A stretch of DNA of 64,000 nt from Candidatus Bathyarchaeia archaeon (GCA_038883655.1 JAVZLQ010000001.1:128001-192000); one strand, 5' to 3'; positions 1-10,029 are shown, counted from the first letter of the stretch. Numbers and translations: made by a program. Notes: generated from the letters alone by a model not told the origin.

Positions 1-164
1 GCGCGCCGATACTTGTTGATGTTTCAGAGGGCTTCTCAAGTCCCATAGACATTGCGCTAAAAGAGCTTGAAGCTGGAATACTGCCAATAACCATTAGGCG
101 AGTGTTGCCAGATGGCACCTATCAGGATATTCCACTGAAGTGGCTTTTGGAAGGAGAAGAATAA
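1..164 (+). CDS. rpoK: DNA-directed RNA polymerase subunit K/Rpo6, 3' partial
   Basis: Manual translation from nt 3: APILVDVSEGFSSPIDIALKELEAGILPITIRRVLPDGTYQDIPLKWLL..., TAA at 162-164; the IALKEL...LPITIRR.LPDG pattern is typical of Rpo6/RPB6. Confidence 0.9.
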   Translation, partial: APILVDVSEGFSSPIDIALKELEAGILPITIRRVLPDGTYQDIPLKWLLEGEE

Positions 165-169
165 CCCAT

Positions 170-661
170 TTAACTGTTTTTATTTATGTTTGTTTTTAAA
201 ATTTCTTTTGCCTCTTCAAGAGTTTTCCTAATTCTTGTCCAGTGGGCGCCTTGCCAATAAACTTGTCCACACTTTGGGCATCGCCAAAACTCGTCGTAAA
301 ATTTGAAGGTGGTTTTCTCAACCTTATTTTCTACACTTTCTTTTGGAACAGGTTTTACACGCGTGTTGCATTTTGGGCAACGCGAAACCTTTAGGTCTAT
401 ATCTAACGAGATTCTGTATCTTTTCGCTAACCGCGCAAGCCTTTCAGCTTCATTTGTTCCTTCCAAATAAAAGGCGTTAATACCCTTAGCCGTTGCTTGC
501 TGGTAAAGCTCCAAATCTCTTGTAAGCAAAATTCTTCTTTCCTTTTTGGCTAATGCCATCAGCTGCGCATCATCCAGCCTATTTGAATACTTCACGTTAT
601 GCCCTAACATGCGGAGCCAACGCGTCAGCTTTCCAAGCATACCATCAGCAATAAACTTCAA
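170..661 (-). CDS. Mut7-C (PIN-like RNase) domain protein with Zn ribbon
   Basis: KFIADGMLGKLTRWLRMLG, ILLTRD, RCPKCN...CPKCGQVYWQGAH. Confidence 0.88.
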   Translation of the reverse strand: MKFIADGMLGKLTRWLRMLGHNVKYSNRLDDAQLMALAKKERRILLTRDLELYQQATAKGINAFYLEGTNEAERLARLAKRYRISLDIDLKVSRCPKCNTRVKPVPKESVENKVEKTTFKFYDEFWRCPKCGQVYWQGAHWTRIRKTLEEAKEILKTNINKNS

Positions 662-2013
662 TGCTGTTTTCTCCGTAGAATTCTTCCACTTCCAGCATTG
701 CAGACGATTTCGCCATCATCCATAACTAGTTTGCCATTTACAAAAGTTTTGACAGGCTTCCCCTTAAACCTCCACCCATCAAAGGGCGAGAACTTGGCTT
801 TAGAATGGAACTTTGAAGCGTCAATTCTTCCTTCTCTTTTCAAGTCAACAACCGTCAAGTCGGCGCTGTTTCCCGCGCTTAAAAAGCCACGTCCCCCCAA
901 ACCAAAAATTTTAGCCGGGTTCTCAGCCATAAGCCTAATAACATCCGACAGAGCCAAGTTTCCACGATTAACCTCGGTAAGCAAAAGCGGCAAAGTAGTT
1001 TCTAAACCAACCACACCAGTCTTAACATCCCAAACAACATCTGCCACTTTTTCCGCCAACACGTGCGGAGCATGATCTGAAGCTATAACATCAATTATGC
1101 CACCTTTTATTCCCATCCAAAGGGCTTCTACATGACTCTTTTCTCTAACTGGAGGCACGGTTAAGGCTATGATTCCAGCACTCTTCAAATATTCATGAGA
1201 CAAGAGAAGATGATGAGGCGTAACCTCGCAGGTTATGGGCAGCATGGACTTTTTTCCTTCCTGTACTGTTTCGAGTCCCGCTTTTGTGCTCACATGGCAA
1301 ATGTGAATTCTGTTAGGCGTTTGTCTAACAATGTTTAACAGCCGTTTTATGGCACTTTGTTCAGCCCTTTCAGAATGTGCTTCAAGAAAAGCTTCAATAT
1401 CGTTGCGATTGTTAAGCTTCAACTTTTGCTCCTCCGCCTTTACAGCCGCTCCATCTTCGGCGTGAACGGCAATCAACACGTCCATTCTGCTGAGAATCTT
1501 AAACGCTTCAGCCAAAGAAGAATCATCATTAATGTTTAACCCTCCAACTTGTTCAATCATGAAAAGTTTAAACGCTATAGCGCCAGCATCAACAATCTCC
1601 TTTATCTCCTCTAGGCGCCTTGGAAATTCAGAGTAAAAACCAACATTGACCAAAATGCGGTTTTCAGCTTTTTCGATGCGATTTTTCAGGTTTTCAGCGC
1701 TCATGGTAACAGGCTCGTTATTTGGCATATCCAAAACCGTCGTCATTCCACCCGCCGCCGCTGAAGCTGTTCCACTGTAAAAGTCTTCTTTGTAGGCTTT
1801 CCCCTCATCTCGTAAGTGTACATGGACGTCAATTAGTCCTGGCAGAACAAGCAGTCCTTTCAAGTCCATTTTCATTTCTGCTTTCGGCATTTGTGCTTCT
1901 CTGCCTATTTTGACGATTTTTCCGTTTTCCAAGGCGATGCTGCAGTTCACTATTTCGTTGTTGATGTAGGCTTTCGCATTGCTTAAAATTAAATCGCACT
2001 TCAATTTTTTCAC
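658..2013 (-). CDS. pyrC: Dihydroorotase (amidohydrolase family)
   Basis: PGLIDVHVHLRD, DMPNN, HICHVST, CEVTPHHL, ASDHAPH, SPFDG motifs. Confidence 0.85.
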   Translation of the reverse strand: MKKLKCDLILSNAKAYINNEIVNCSIALENGKIVKIGREAQMPKAEMKMDLKGLLVLPGLIDVHVHLRDEGKAYKEDFYSGTASAAAGGMTTVLDMPNNEPVTMSAENLKNRIEKAENRILVNVGFYSEFPRRLEEIKEIVDAGAIAFKLFMIEQVGGLNINDDSSLAEAFKILSRMDVLIAVHAEDGAAVKAEEQKLKLNNRNDIEAFLEAHSERAEQSAIKRLLNIVRQTPNRIHICHVSTKAGLETVQEGKKSMLPITCEVTPHHLLLSHEYLKSAGIIALTVPPVREKSHVEALWMGIKGGIIDVIASDHAPHVLAEKVADVVWDVKTGVVGLETTLPLLLTEVNRGNLALSDVIRLMAENPAKIFGLGGRGFLSAGNSADLTVVDLKREGRIDASKFHSKAKFSPFDGWRFKGKPVKTFVNGKLVMDDGEIVCNAGSGRILRRKQH

Positions 2014-2060
2014 TCATCTATTTGTTCTCGGTGAATATGGCATGTAAAATTGTTAAAAGT

Positions 2061-2972
2061 TTACTCTATAAGCTTGAAAAAGTCCCTCTCCGTTATTATG
2101 CCAACAAGTTCCCCATGCTCAACGACTGGAATTGCGCCCACGTTTCTGTCCCGCATAAGCCTCGCCGCTTGTCCCGCATCCATTTGGGGTTCAATCGTTG
2201 CGACTTCCTTTGTGGCTATTTCAAGTGCTGGGGTATTCAAAACTTGTATGATCGTGCCAGACCGCAACTTTTCAAAAACCTTACCAGAACCAAAAAAGCG
2301 TATAACATCCATTGTCGTTATTATGCCAATAACTTTTCCATCAGATATTATCGGTAACCTTCTAAAACCCTGATTTATCATGGTCTTTTCAGCCTCGAAA
2401 ATCGTCGTTTTAGGCAACGCTGTAACAACCTTATCCGACATCAACTCAGCCACTTTTGCACCACTTATTTTGTCGGCAAAAATGTTAACAATGTCCCTTT
2501 CCGTAATTATTGCGCGCACACGATTTTGCGGGTCAACAACGGGTAAGCCTCCAAGATTTTTCTCCTTCATCAATCTTACTGCATCGCTTATTTTTGAGGA
2601 TGCGCTTACGGTGACAACATCCTTCGTCATTATCAACCGCACCGGTTCGTTTATAGCCTTAAAAATGTTGCCGCCATATTTTCTCTCAATTATTTCAAAC
2701 TTCTTCCCACCGCCAAGATAATCAATGACATCAGTAGCTGTTATTATTCCCTCTAAAGTTTTTGTTCCAGGATTTGCTATTGGTATTCTACGAAAACCCT
2801 CCCTTGTCATCGTCTGAATTGTGTCATAGATTGGTGTTGTCGACGCACATGTCACAACGGGACTTTTTGCGACATGTAATATTTCGCCCTCGTGTCTCCT
2901 AGATGGAGGCTTCTTCGCTGATGGTTTACCCTTCTCCTTCAACGTTCTCCTAAATGTTTCACGACTCAACAA
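2061..2972 (-). CDS. CBS-domain protein (4 CBS domains)
   Basis: Repeated FRRIPI/LPVV...GIIT..D CBS motifs. Confidence 0.9.
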   Translation of the reverse strand: MLSRETFRRTLKEKGKPSAKKPPSRRHEGEILHVAKSPVVTCASTTPIYDTIQTMTREGFRRIPIANPGTKTLEGIITATDVIDYLGGGKKFEIIERKYGGNIFKAINEPVRLIMTKDVVTVSASSKISDAVRLMKEKNLGGLPVVDPQNRVRAIITERDIVNIFADKISGAKVAELMSDKVVTALPKTTIFEAEKTMINQGFRRLPIISDGKVIGIITTMDVIRFFGSGKVFEKLRSGTIIQVLNTPALEIATKEVATIEPQMDAGQAARLMRDRNVGAIPVVEHGELVGIITERDFFKLIE

Positions 2973-2983
2973 GCTCTCCCTTC

Positions 2984-3769
2984 TTATTTTATAAGCAATT
3001 TGACAATATCCTCTCTGTCAACTATACCTATCAATTTACCATCTTCATCTTTTACCGGGACTCTCCCTATATCCTTCGAAACCATCACCTTGGCAACGCG
3101 GATCGCCTTAACCGAAGGCCCAACCGCTATAACATTTGTATTCATAACTGCAGAAATCTTCGAAGAGGCCTTAAAACGTCCCTTTGCCGACTCAAAGGTT
3201 GGCAATGTAACCCCCCTCTCAAGAAGGTCTTTTTGGGTAACTATTCCAACAATCCTTCCATTCTTAACAACCGGCAAACCTGCAAGACGTTTCTCAAGCA
3301 TCAAGCGCCAAATGTTATCAACTTCATCGTCTGGAGAGCAAGCCACAACATCCCTAGTCATTATTTCAGAAATTTCCTTCGCAAACTTCTCTGGGCTTGT
3401 CCTAATTGAATATTCAATAAAATTTTCCAAGCCTAAAACTCCCATATACATCTTATCCGTTGGTGATGCTACAACAGGCGCGTGCCAAGCATCTACGCGC
3501 AGCATACCCCTAATTGCTTGCACAACCTCCTCTTCCACTGTTGCCACGTACCTAGGCTGGGTCATGATGCCCTTAACCCTAATTAGCGAAACAGAAGAGG
3601 ATATCGCCATAATATCGCGGCGTGAAACCTTGCCCAAAAGCTTTCTTTGCTCATCCGTCACTGGAAGTATCCTTAAGCTATGCTGCCTTATAATTGCGCG
3701 GGCTTTTGTCGCTAACTCGTCTGCATGTATAAACGGGTGTTTTGCATCCATTATTTCTTTAACACGCAA
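2984..3769 (-). CDS. CBS-domain protein (4 CBS domains)
   Basis: LPVT..GKVSRRD, LPVV..GIVTQKD, VPV..GIVDRED. Confidence 0.9.
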   Translation of the reverse strand: MRVKEIMDAKHPFIHADELATKARAIIRQHSLRILPVTDEQRKLLGKVSRRDIMAISSSVSLIRVKGIMTQPRYVATVEEEVVQAIRGMLRVDAWHAPVVASPTDKMYMGVLGLENFIEYSIRTSPEKFAKEISEIMTRDVVACSPDDEVDNIWRLMLEKRLAGLPVVKNGRIVGIVTQKDLLERGVTLPTFESAKGRFKASSKISAVMNTNVIAVGPSVKAIRVAKVMVSKDIGRVPVKDEDGKLIGIVDREDIVKLLIK

Positions 3770-3784
3770 AAAATCGCCCCTTCA

Positions 3785-4369
3785 TTACTCCTCTTCAAAT
3801 TCAACCCTACAATCTTCACATAAAAATTCTCCGTTAACCTCCTTTAAGGCGTCTGACCATGCTCCACAGCGGTCGCAGTATCCAGCAAGGGGCGCGCCTT
3901 CTTCGGTTGCCTCTTGGGCTCTGTTCTCGCCTTCTATCATGGCATGCTCCTGAATAGTTTCAAGAAGTTCTGGCATAACTGATAGAATGTCTTTACTTGA
4001 GAGCAATCCAATCAACTGTCCCTTGTATATCACTCCCAGCCTCCTAATGTTTAGTCTACTCATTCTTCTGGCTGCCTCGCTTATTGTTGCATCCGGCTCT
4101 ATGGTGATCAAGGGCGAGGTCATAACCTCGCTTGCTTTTATGGAGTCTGGCTTTGCGTTTTTCGCTAGGACTCTTCCAACAAGGTCTCTTTCTGTTATTA
4201 TTCCAAGCGGTTTTCCATTTTTGCTTGTGACTATTATGCATCCTAGTCGATGCTTTTCCATTAGTTCCGCAACTTTGTTTACTGGTGCATTTTCCTCTAT
4301 GGTTATAACTGGGCTGCTCATTACATCCTTAACCAGCAGTCGTGATGTCCTTAATCCAATCTCTGACAT
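3785..4369 (-). CDS. CBS-pair protein with C-terminal Zn finger
   Basis: VKDVMSSPVITI, GIITERDLV; C-terminal CDRC...LCEDC. Confidence 0.88.
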   Translation of the reverse strand: MSEIGLRTSRLLVKDVMSSPVITIEENAPVNKVAELMEKHRLGCIIVTSKNGKPLGIITERDLVGRVLAKNAKPDSIKASEVMTSPLITIEPDATISEAARRMSRLNIRRLGVIYKGQLIGLLSSKDILSVMPELLETIQEHAMIEGENRAQEATEEGAPLAGYCDRCGAWSDALKEVNGEFLCEDCRVEFEEE

Positions 4370-4523
4370 GTTCTCTCCGCCACGCTGCGCGCACTTTTGC
4401 CTTTTGTATGCTTCACTGAACTCAAACTGAAATCCAGCATTTAAAACTTGTCATGTTCACGGAGTTACATTTTGTTCTTTGGGAAATCTTATTAGCGGGC
4501 TTGTCATTGCTATTGTCTGACGT

Positions 4524-5426
4524 GTGGTATGTGTGATGTTGAGGACGAATGTTGATAAGCTTGTTAAAATTTCCGTTTTTGGCGAGGTTGTTAGTCCAGT
4601 TTTTGGTAGGGGCGTGTATAACATTTCCGCTGAGGGCACCCCCGTCGTCTTGCCCGGTGTTGGCGGAATAACCTACAACGTGCGTGTTGGTGATCCCGCT
4701 TGCGGTTGGGAGGCTGATCATGTTGAGCCCGGTGTAAGCATCGAAAACAGGGAGAATGATCCGCGTTTTGGTCAAGGCGCGAATGCCGCTTTGAACGTTC
4801 TTTCTTGTGTTGGTAATGAGGCTGTTGTTGTTAGTGGTGATGCGAAGGGCTCTAGGGGCGTTGTGACTGGCAAGCATGGCGGTATTGAGCATGTTCTAGT
4901 TGATTTTCCGCCCGAAACGCTTGAGAAGCTTATGTTGGGTGATAAAGTTCTTGTTAAAGCCTTCGGTGTTGGTTTGAAGCTTTTGGATTTTCCCGATGTT
5001 AAGGTTATGAATTTGGATCCGCGTTTTTTGGAGGCTATCGACCCTAAAGTTGAGGATGGCAAGCTTGTTGTTCCTGTTACGCATGTTGTTCCAGCTGGGA
5101 TTATGGGTTCTGGTTTGGGCGCGAATCAGACTTATTCTGGGGATTATGATATTCAGCTTTTTGATGAGGGTGTTAGGCGTCAGTTTGGGCTTGATGATCT
5201 AAGGCTTGGGGATTTGGTTGCGATTCTGGATGCCGATCACTCTTTTGGGCGCATTTACCGCAAGGGCGCGGTTTCTGTCGGTATTGTTGTGCACACGAAC
5301 TGCGTGAGTTCTGGTCATGGTCCTGGTGTTACTACGCTTTTTACTTCTTCTACTGGGCGTATTGTTCCTCGTGTTGATGCTGGTGCGAACATTGCGCGTT
5401 TGTTGAGGCTTAGGAATGATATATAA
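4524..5426 (+). CDS. DUF4438-family protein
   Basis: PGVGGITYNVRVGD, DHVEPGVS, SCVGNEA, GKHGGIEHV, MGSGLG, GDYDI, GHGPGVT; probable start ATG 4536. Confidence 0.8.
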   Translation: MVCVMLRTNVDKLVKISVFGEVVSPVFGRGVYNISAEGTPVVLPGVGGITYNVRVGDPACGWEADHVEPGVSIENRENDPRFGQGANAALNVLSCVGNEAVVVSGDAKGSRGVVTGKHGGIEHVLVDFPPETLEKLMLGDKVLVKAFGVGLKLLDFPDVKVMNLDPRFLEAIDPKVEDGKLVVPVTHVVPAGIMGSGLGANQTYSGDYDIQLFDEGVRRQFGLDDLRLGDLVAILDADHSFGRIYRKGAVSVGIVVHTNCVSSGHGPGVTTLFTSSTGRIVPRVDAGANIARLLRLRNDI

Positions 5427-5473
5427 GCGTGTTTGTTGTATTGATGTTTGTAAAATGGGGTTGGTTGTGGTTT

Positions 5474-5764
5474 ATGCCTTATAAGCGTAAGAGTCGTGGG
5501 CGTTCTAAGGGTGATAAGGGCAGTAGTGGTCCTGTTCAGTGTGCTATGTGTGGGCAGCTTGTTCCTCGTGATAAGGCTAAGAAGGTTACTGTTAGGCGTT
5601 CTATTGTTGATCCGCAGTTGGCTAAGGAGCTTAGGCAGAGGGGCGCTTATATTTCTTCTTTGGTTGATACTAAGTATTATTGTATTTCTTGTGCTGTGCA
5701 TAGGGGTATTGTGAAGGTTAGGGCGCGTGAGGAGCGGCGTTTGCGTTCTGGTAGGCGTTTTTAG
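5474..5764 (+). CDS. rps26e: 30S ribosomal protein S26e
   Basis: MPYKRKSRGRSKG, CAMCGQLVPRDKAKK, YCISCAVHRGIVKVR; ATG at 5474. Confidence 0.95.
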   Translation: MPYKRKSRGRSKGDKGSSGPVQCAMCGQLVPRDKAKKVTVRRSIVDPQLAKELRQRGAYISSLVDTKYYCISCAVHRGIVKVRAREERRLRSGRRF

Positions 5765-6369
5765 TTTCTAGCGGTTTTTAGTTTTTTGTACGTGTATATT
5801 GTGCGTTGTATTACTGTTGCGTGTGTTAATATTGCTAACGCGATTATGGCGTAGTTTAGGGTTTGGGTTGGCTGCCAGAAATAGGCGATTATTGTTGCTG
5901 TTGTTAGTATGATTAGGCGTTCTGGGCGTTCTGCTATCCCTATTGTTTCCATTTTTATTTGGAGTGATTCCGCCTTTGCGCGGGTGTAGCTTACGAGTAA
6001 GGCGCCGATTAGGGCTGCGGTTCCCCAATGAATTTCGCATAGTCCGCTTATTGTTATTGCTGTGATTGTTGCGGCGTCGGCGTATCTGTCTAGGAGTGAA
6101 TCTAGGAAGCTGCCGAATTGCGTTGTTTTTTGTGTTATGCGGGCTGTTGCGCCGTCTAGGGCGTCGCAGTATCCCGATAGTAGTAGTAAAAGCGCTGCTG
6201 CTACTAGGTAGGCGCTGTTTGTTTGCCATTGTGTATAGGCAGTTGCGGATGCGATTGCGAGTGTAATGCCTATTGCTGTTATTGTGTTTGGTGTTAAGCC
6301 TATTTTTGTGGCGGTTTTTGCTTGGTTTTCTAGTAGTTTTTGGGTTTTTTGTTTTAGTTTTGTTAGCAT
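5761..6369 (-). CDS. CDP-alcohol phosphatidyltransferase (archaetidylinositol-phosphate synthase-like)
   Basis: TPNTIT, DALDGATAR...FGSFLDSLLDRYAD signature, SYTRAKAE, ERPER. Confidence 0.9.
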   Translation of the reverse strand: MLTKLKQKTQKLLENQAKTATKIGLTPNTITAIGITLAIASATAYTQWQTNSAYLVAAALLLLLSGYCDALDGATARITQKTTQFGSFLDSLLDRYADAATITAITISGLCEIHWGTAALIGALLVSYTRAKAESLQIKMETIGIAERPERLIILTTATIIAYFWQPTQTLNYAIIALAILTHATVIQRTIYTYKKLKTARN

Positions 6370-6448
6370 TTTTGCGCCCGTTTTGGGTTAATTTTATTTG
6401 TGTTTGTTATGTAAGTTTTGTTGTGCGCGTTTGGAGTGTGTTTGCGTT

Positions 6449-6742
6449 ATGGTGGTTGTTGAGTTGTTGCGTGTTGGCAGTAAGGCGTGTTTGGGTGTGC
6501 GTGTTGAATTGCCCAATTCGCCTCCTTTGTTGGTTGTTGTTGCGGATAAAGGCTTTGTTATGTGTGGGTTTTTGAATGTGGAGGCTGCTGAGCGTTTGGG
6601 TGTTGCCGCTGCAATGGTTAGTGGTGTTAAAACTTTTGAGGATGTTTTGCGTTCAAGTGTTAAGGCTGTTACGAGCGGGGCTGGAGCGTTAGGCGTTAGG
6701 GTTGGCATGAGCGGAGAAGAAGCGTTAAAATGCATGTTTTAG
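6449..6742 (+). CDS. YunC/DUF1805-family protein
   Basis: PLLVVVADKGFVMCGFLN, AAMVSGVKTFEDVL, GMSGEEAL; ATG at 6449. Confidence 0.85.
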   Translation: MVVVELLRVGSKACLGVRVELPNSPPLLVVVADKGFVMCGFLNVEAAERLGVAAAMVSGVKTFEDVLRSSVKAVTSGAGALGVRVGMSGEEALKCMF

Positions 6743-6784
6743 AAGTGAAGTACTGCCAAAAAGTGAATGGTTTGTTTTTTCCTT

Positions 6785-6950
6785 TTATTTTCCCTACTTC
6801 CTTCCTCTCTAGTTTTTCAAAACGTCAATTTTATGACTTTTCTGTTTGCTAAATTGGATACCCCCTCTAGAAATTTTAGCTTCTAACAAAGCATGCGAAA
6901 ATGAACTGCTATAAAACGTTATTTTCCCCACCCCTACCCTCTAGATTTTG
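6785..6950. repeat. Imperfect C-rich direct repeats (C-run + CTCTAG, three copies) in a convergent intergenic region
   Basis: ttattttccctacttccttcctctctagttttt (6785-6817), taccccctctagaaatttt (6859-6877), ttattttccccacccctaccctctagattttg (6919-6950). Confidence 0.55.
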
Positions 6951-6990
6951 TTGCTATTTTAGTTTTAGGGATGGGTTGTTTGGTTAGGTG

Positions 6991-9900
6991 TTACATGAAG
7001 TTGTCTAGTGATGTGGTTGTTTCTTTTGTTTTTTCTACTTCTGGTTTTTTTGGTGGTTTTAGGCGTGGTTCTTCTTCGCCTTTTATGGCTTCTGGTGTGG
7101 CTTCTTCTGCCCTTTGAAGTCTTCTCTTCATCATTGTTTTAGCCATGATTTTTGCGGTTTTTGCCAGTTCTTTTGGCAGTTTGAGTATTCTCGTTATTTC
7201 CATGTCTATTTTCTCGATGACTGTGTCCCAGAGTTTTTCAATGTTTTCTGCTGTGTCTGCACCGCCCAGTTTTCGTGCTTCAGCCTCAAGCTCATCAAAA
7301 AGAGAAGCCAACAGCTCTACATCCTTCTGTTTTAGAGTTTTAACGTCTAAAATGGGCATTTCTTCAGCATGTTTGACTTCTAATGCTGCAACGCCCATTC
7401 CAGTTATGCGAGCATGAGACTCTATATATAATTGCGGAAAGCTTGAATTTAGATAAGACAATAATGCTTTTGTTTCATTTTCAGTTAATTCGATTTTTGG
7501 GATGAAGGTTATAATAGCGTGATATGTTACAACTGGATGTTTAGTTAGGATAAACCTTGTTTTATATTGTGATTGATATATTGCCATTATTGGTGCTTTT
7601 TCTATTCCGCCGAGGTCATACCATCCATGAAAGAGGTCTTTCTTTTTTTCTCTTGCTTGGCATGCTAAGGCTTGGCTGCATATTTTTCCGCCGCCCCTTG
7701 TGCCTCTTATCATTGTTCGGCATTCTGTTTCTCCCCATTTTATATAATCCAAAACGTTTTTGGGCAGTTTCTCGCGTGGTTCATGGCACATGAAAAAGTA
7801 GCATGGCGCGCCCTTCTTTTTTAGCTCTTCCCAATCTTTCTTTGTGAAAGTGAACCATTTAGCATACCTTGCACTTGTTAAAGCAGGATAAGCATAGTCT
7901 TTTAAGCCATAATGCTGAACCTTACTCTCATCCAAATAGAAGAAATCCTTTGCTCCAACATCAGGTCTTTTACCATGCTTAATAGACCAAACAGACCAGA
8001 AACAATTGCCACGGCTTGGCTCAAACAAGTCCCCCAACCGAATAGTTCTACCTTTAAGCTTGTCTAGTATAGCATTTGCATCAAATAGAAGGTTTATCCA
8101 TTTTTGTTCTTTGGGTATTTCCCTCTGCTTTAAAGCTCTGATGATGTAGCGTTCCTCGTATTTTTCTGGTTTTTCAATAGCCTCTAAAATCTCATCAACC
8201 TTGAATGCTTCTGTTTCCGCTATGTCTGCATACATGAAAACTGTTTGATTATCTTCGCGTTCTTCCTCGTTGGCGCATTTTTCAAGGAGTATGATGCATG
8301 TGCCGATTAATGGCACTGGAAAGACTCTGGCTGAAATGTCAATTAAAGCCTTAACCTTAAAATGGTCCAAAAGGAAACGCCCAAAATCAACGCCATAATC
8401 CGTTTGAAGCCAACTATCAGAAATAATCATCCCAAGCCTTCCGCCTTCCTTCAGCATATCAAAGGCGTGCATTATGAAATGAATGTAAATGCCAGGCTCC
8501 ACGCCTCTCTGAATCTGAGCGGTCAAATTATATTCTGTAAGCAATTTTTCAATGGAATCTTTGATGGCTTCTCTTGTTTTTTCTGGAATTTCAGTCCACC
8601 GCGTGTAAGGCGGATTAGCAATAACAGCGTCAAACTTTGGAATTGCAATTTCACGCTTTATTTCCCCAGCCAAAGTCTTAACCACGTAAGGCGAAACAAC
8701 AGTCTGCTCAGCCTCAACCCTAAAGAAATCAGTATGAATCGTATTCACCTCAGTTGACGGCGCCCTAATATAACGCGAAGCCAAATTCAAAGCAGTCAAA
8801 TGCAACGGAAACGGGTTAATATCAAAAGCATAAAGCTGCCTCAAAATCTCCTTATGCGCCTTTTCAGTAGGCTCTCTATACCCTTTCAACTCCAACAGAC
8901 GCTTATACGCCTTAACCAAAAAAGTGCCAGAACCACAACCAGGGTCCAGAACCTTGTCGTCTGGGCTTCTTACAGCCCACTTCGTGATTAATTCTGCTAT
9001 GGCTGGTGGCGTATAAAACTGTCCAAGAGCATGCCTTTCAGCAGCTGGAATAAGCTCCTCGTAGATAAAGCCGACAATATCCGAGCCTAAATCCTCAAGC
9101 CTATGATGCTCCATGTCCTCAATAAACGCATTAATGCCCTCAAGCACAAAGGGGTCGTCTGGAAGCTCGATCTCATCATAAATCCCTGTATAAAACACAG
9201 GCTCAAAATCGCCAGTAACCTCAACAGCCTTAGCAAAATAACGATACAGCAAATCCAAATAAGCTTTAGCATCCAGAGGTGGAATGCGCTCAAGCTTACG
9301 TTGACCCAACTCTTTAAAATGCCTCTCCAAAACCTTGTAAAAGACAATTTTGTTCATGAAAACGTAAGCCATTTCCTTGGCTAACTGCGTGGCATCGGGC
9401 TTATAGCCGACCTCTTCTGCAAACCGCGCATATTGTGCCTTAAATTCCTCGTTAACCCTAAGCTTTCTACGAATTAACGGCTCAACAGCCTCAGAAAGCC
9501 AAGTCACAAAATCCCTAAGCACAACAATAAAAGACCAATCAAGAGGGGTAACCGCCACTGGGACCTGCTGATAAAGCTTAGCAACAGTAATCAAAAGCTC
9601 CTCTGCAAACTCCTCGTTAACCACGATTCTTTCTTTAATCAAGATCCTATGCGTGTCAAAAGAAAACTTTTCAGTTTCCTTCGGTCTTCTAAATAAAGCA
9701 AAAATCCTCCCATTAGTCGTCGCAAAGTAAGGCGCACCAGAGTAAGTAGCATACCACAACGCCTGTTCAATTACAAACCTACTAGTAGGCGCAATATCTC
9801 TACGCTCACGGTAAAATCCAGGCTTGTCTATCTTTCGTTTAGTTTCAATAATAAGCAACGGCCTTTTGCCCGCCAAAAGGACAGCAACGTCAGCACGCCG

Positions 9901-10029
9901 CCCACTAATAGGGTATTGAGTTTCCGGCTCAGCGAATCTTACTCCCTCAATCGTAAAGCCTCTTTTCTCCAAAACGCTCAAAATATAATGGTGAAGTTTA
10001 CTTTCAATTCTGGCTTCACGGTCACTCAT
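6991..10029 (-). CDS. Fused restriction-modification enzyme (type IIG-like): PD-(D/E)xK nuclease, amino (N6-adenine) methyltransferase, target-recognition region
   Basis: N-terminal RADVAV...IIETK and ATTNG; GQFYTPP; motif I LDPGCGSGTFL; motif IV NPPY; 1012 aa. Confidence 0.85.
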   Translation of the reverse strand: MSDREARIESKLHHYILSVLEKRGFTIEGVRFAEPETQYPISGRRADVAVLLAGKRPLLIIETKRKIDKPGFYRERRDIAPTSRFVIEQALWYATYSGAPYFATTNGRIFALFRRPKETEKFSFDTHRILIKERIVVNEEFAEELLITVAKLYQQVPVAVTPLDWSFIVVLRDFVTWLSEAVEPLIRRKLRVNEEFKAQYARFAEEVGYKPDATQLAKEMAYVFMNKIVFYKVLERHFKELGQRKLERIPPLDAKAYLDLLYRYFAKAVEVTGDFEPVFYTGIYDEIELPDDPFVLEGINAFIEDMEHHRLEDLGSDIVGFIYEELIPAAERHALGQFYTPPAIAELITKWAVRSPDDKVLDPGCGSGTFLVKAYKRLLELKGYREPTEKAHKEILRQLYAFDINPFPLHLTALNLASRYIRAPSTEVNTIHTDFFRVEAEQTVVSPYVVKTLAGEIKREIAIPKFDAVIANPPYTRWTEIPEKTREAIKDSIEKLLTEYNLTAQIQRGVEPGIYIHFIMHAFDMLKEGGRLGMIISDSWLQTDYGVDFGRFLLDHFKVKALIDISARVFPVPLIGTCIILLEKCANEEEREDNQTVFMYADIAETEAFKVDEILEAIEKPEKYEERYIIRALKQREIPKEQKWINLLFDANAILDKLKGRTIRLGDLFEPSRGNCFWSVWSIKHGKRPDVGAKDFFYLDESKVQHYGLKDYAYPALTSARYAKWFTFTKKDWEELKKKGAPCYFFMCHEPREKLPKNVLDYIKWGETECRTMIRGTRGGGKICSQALACQAREKKKDLFHGWYDLGGIEKAPIMAIYQSQYKTRFILTKHPVVTYHAIITFIPKIELTENETKALLSYLNSSFPQLYIESHARITGMGVAALEVKHAEEMPILDVKTLKQKDVELLASLFDELEAEARKLGGADTAENIEKLWDTVIEKIDMEITRILKLPKELAKTAKIMAKTMMKRRLQRAEEATPEAIKGEEEPRLKPPKKPEVEKTKETTTSLDNFM

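Noticed and set aside
3000-3953. Long + strand ORF (317 aa) and the many similar shadow ORFs in the track
   Set aside because: They lie antisense to well-supported genes, have Ser/Thr/Phe-rich compositions and show no family motifs
5496-6735. Hydrophobic or Asn/Thr-rich alternative ORFs (5496..5714, 5768..6229, 6273..6575, 6394..6735)
   Set aside because: They are by-products of the extreme G+T skew overlapping real genes
6848-6880. dif/Xer recombination site at the skew switch
   Set aside because: ATTGGATA resembles one archaeal dif arm, but the 11-6-11 inverted arrangement is absent
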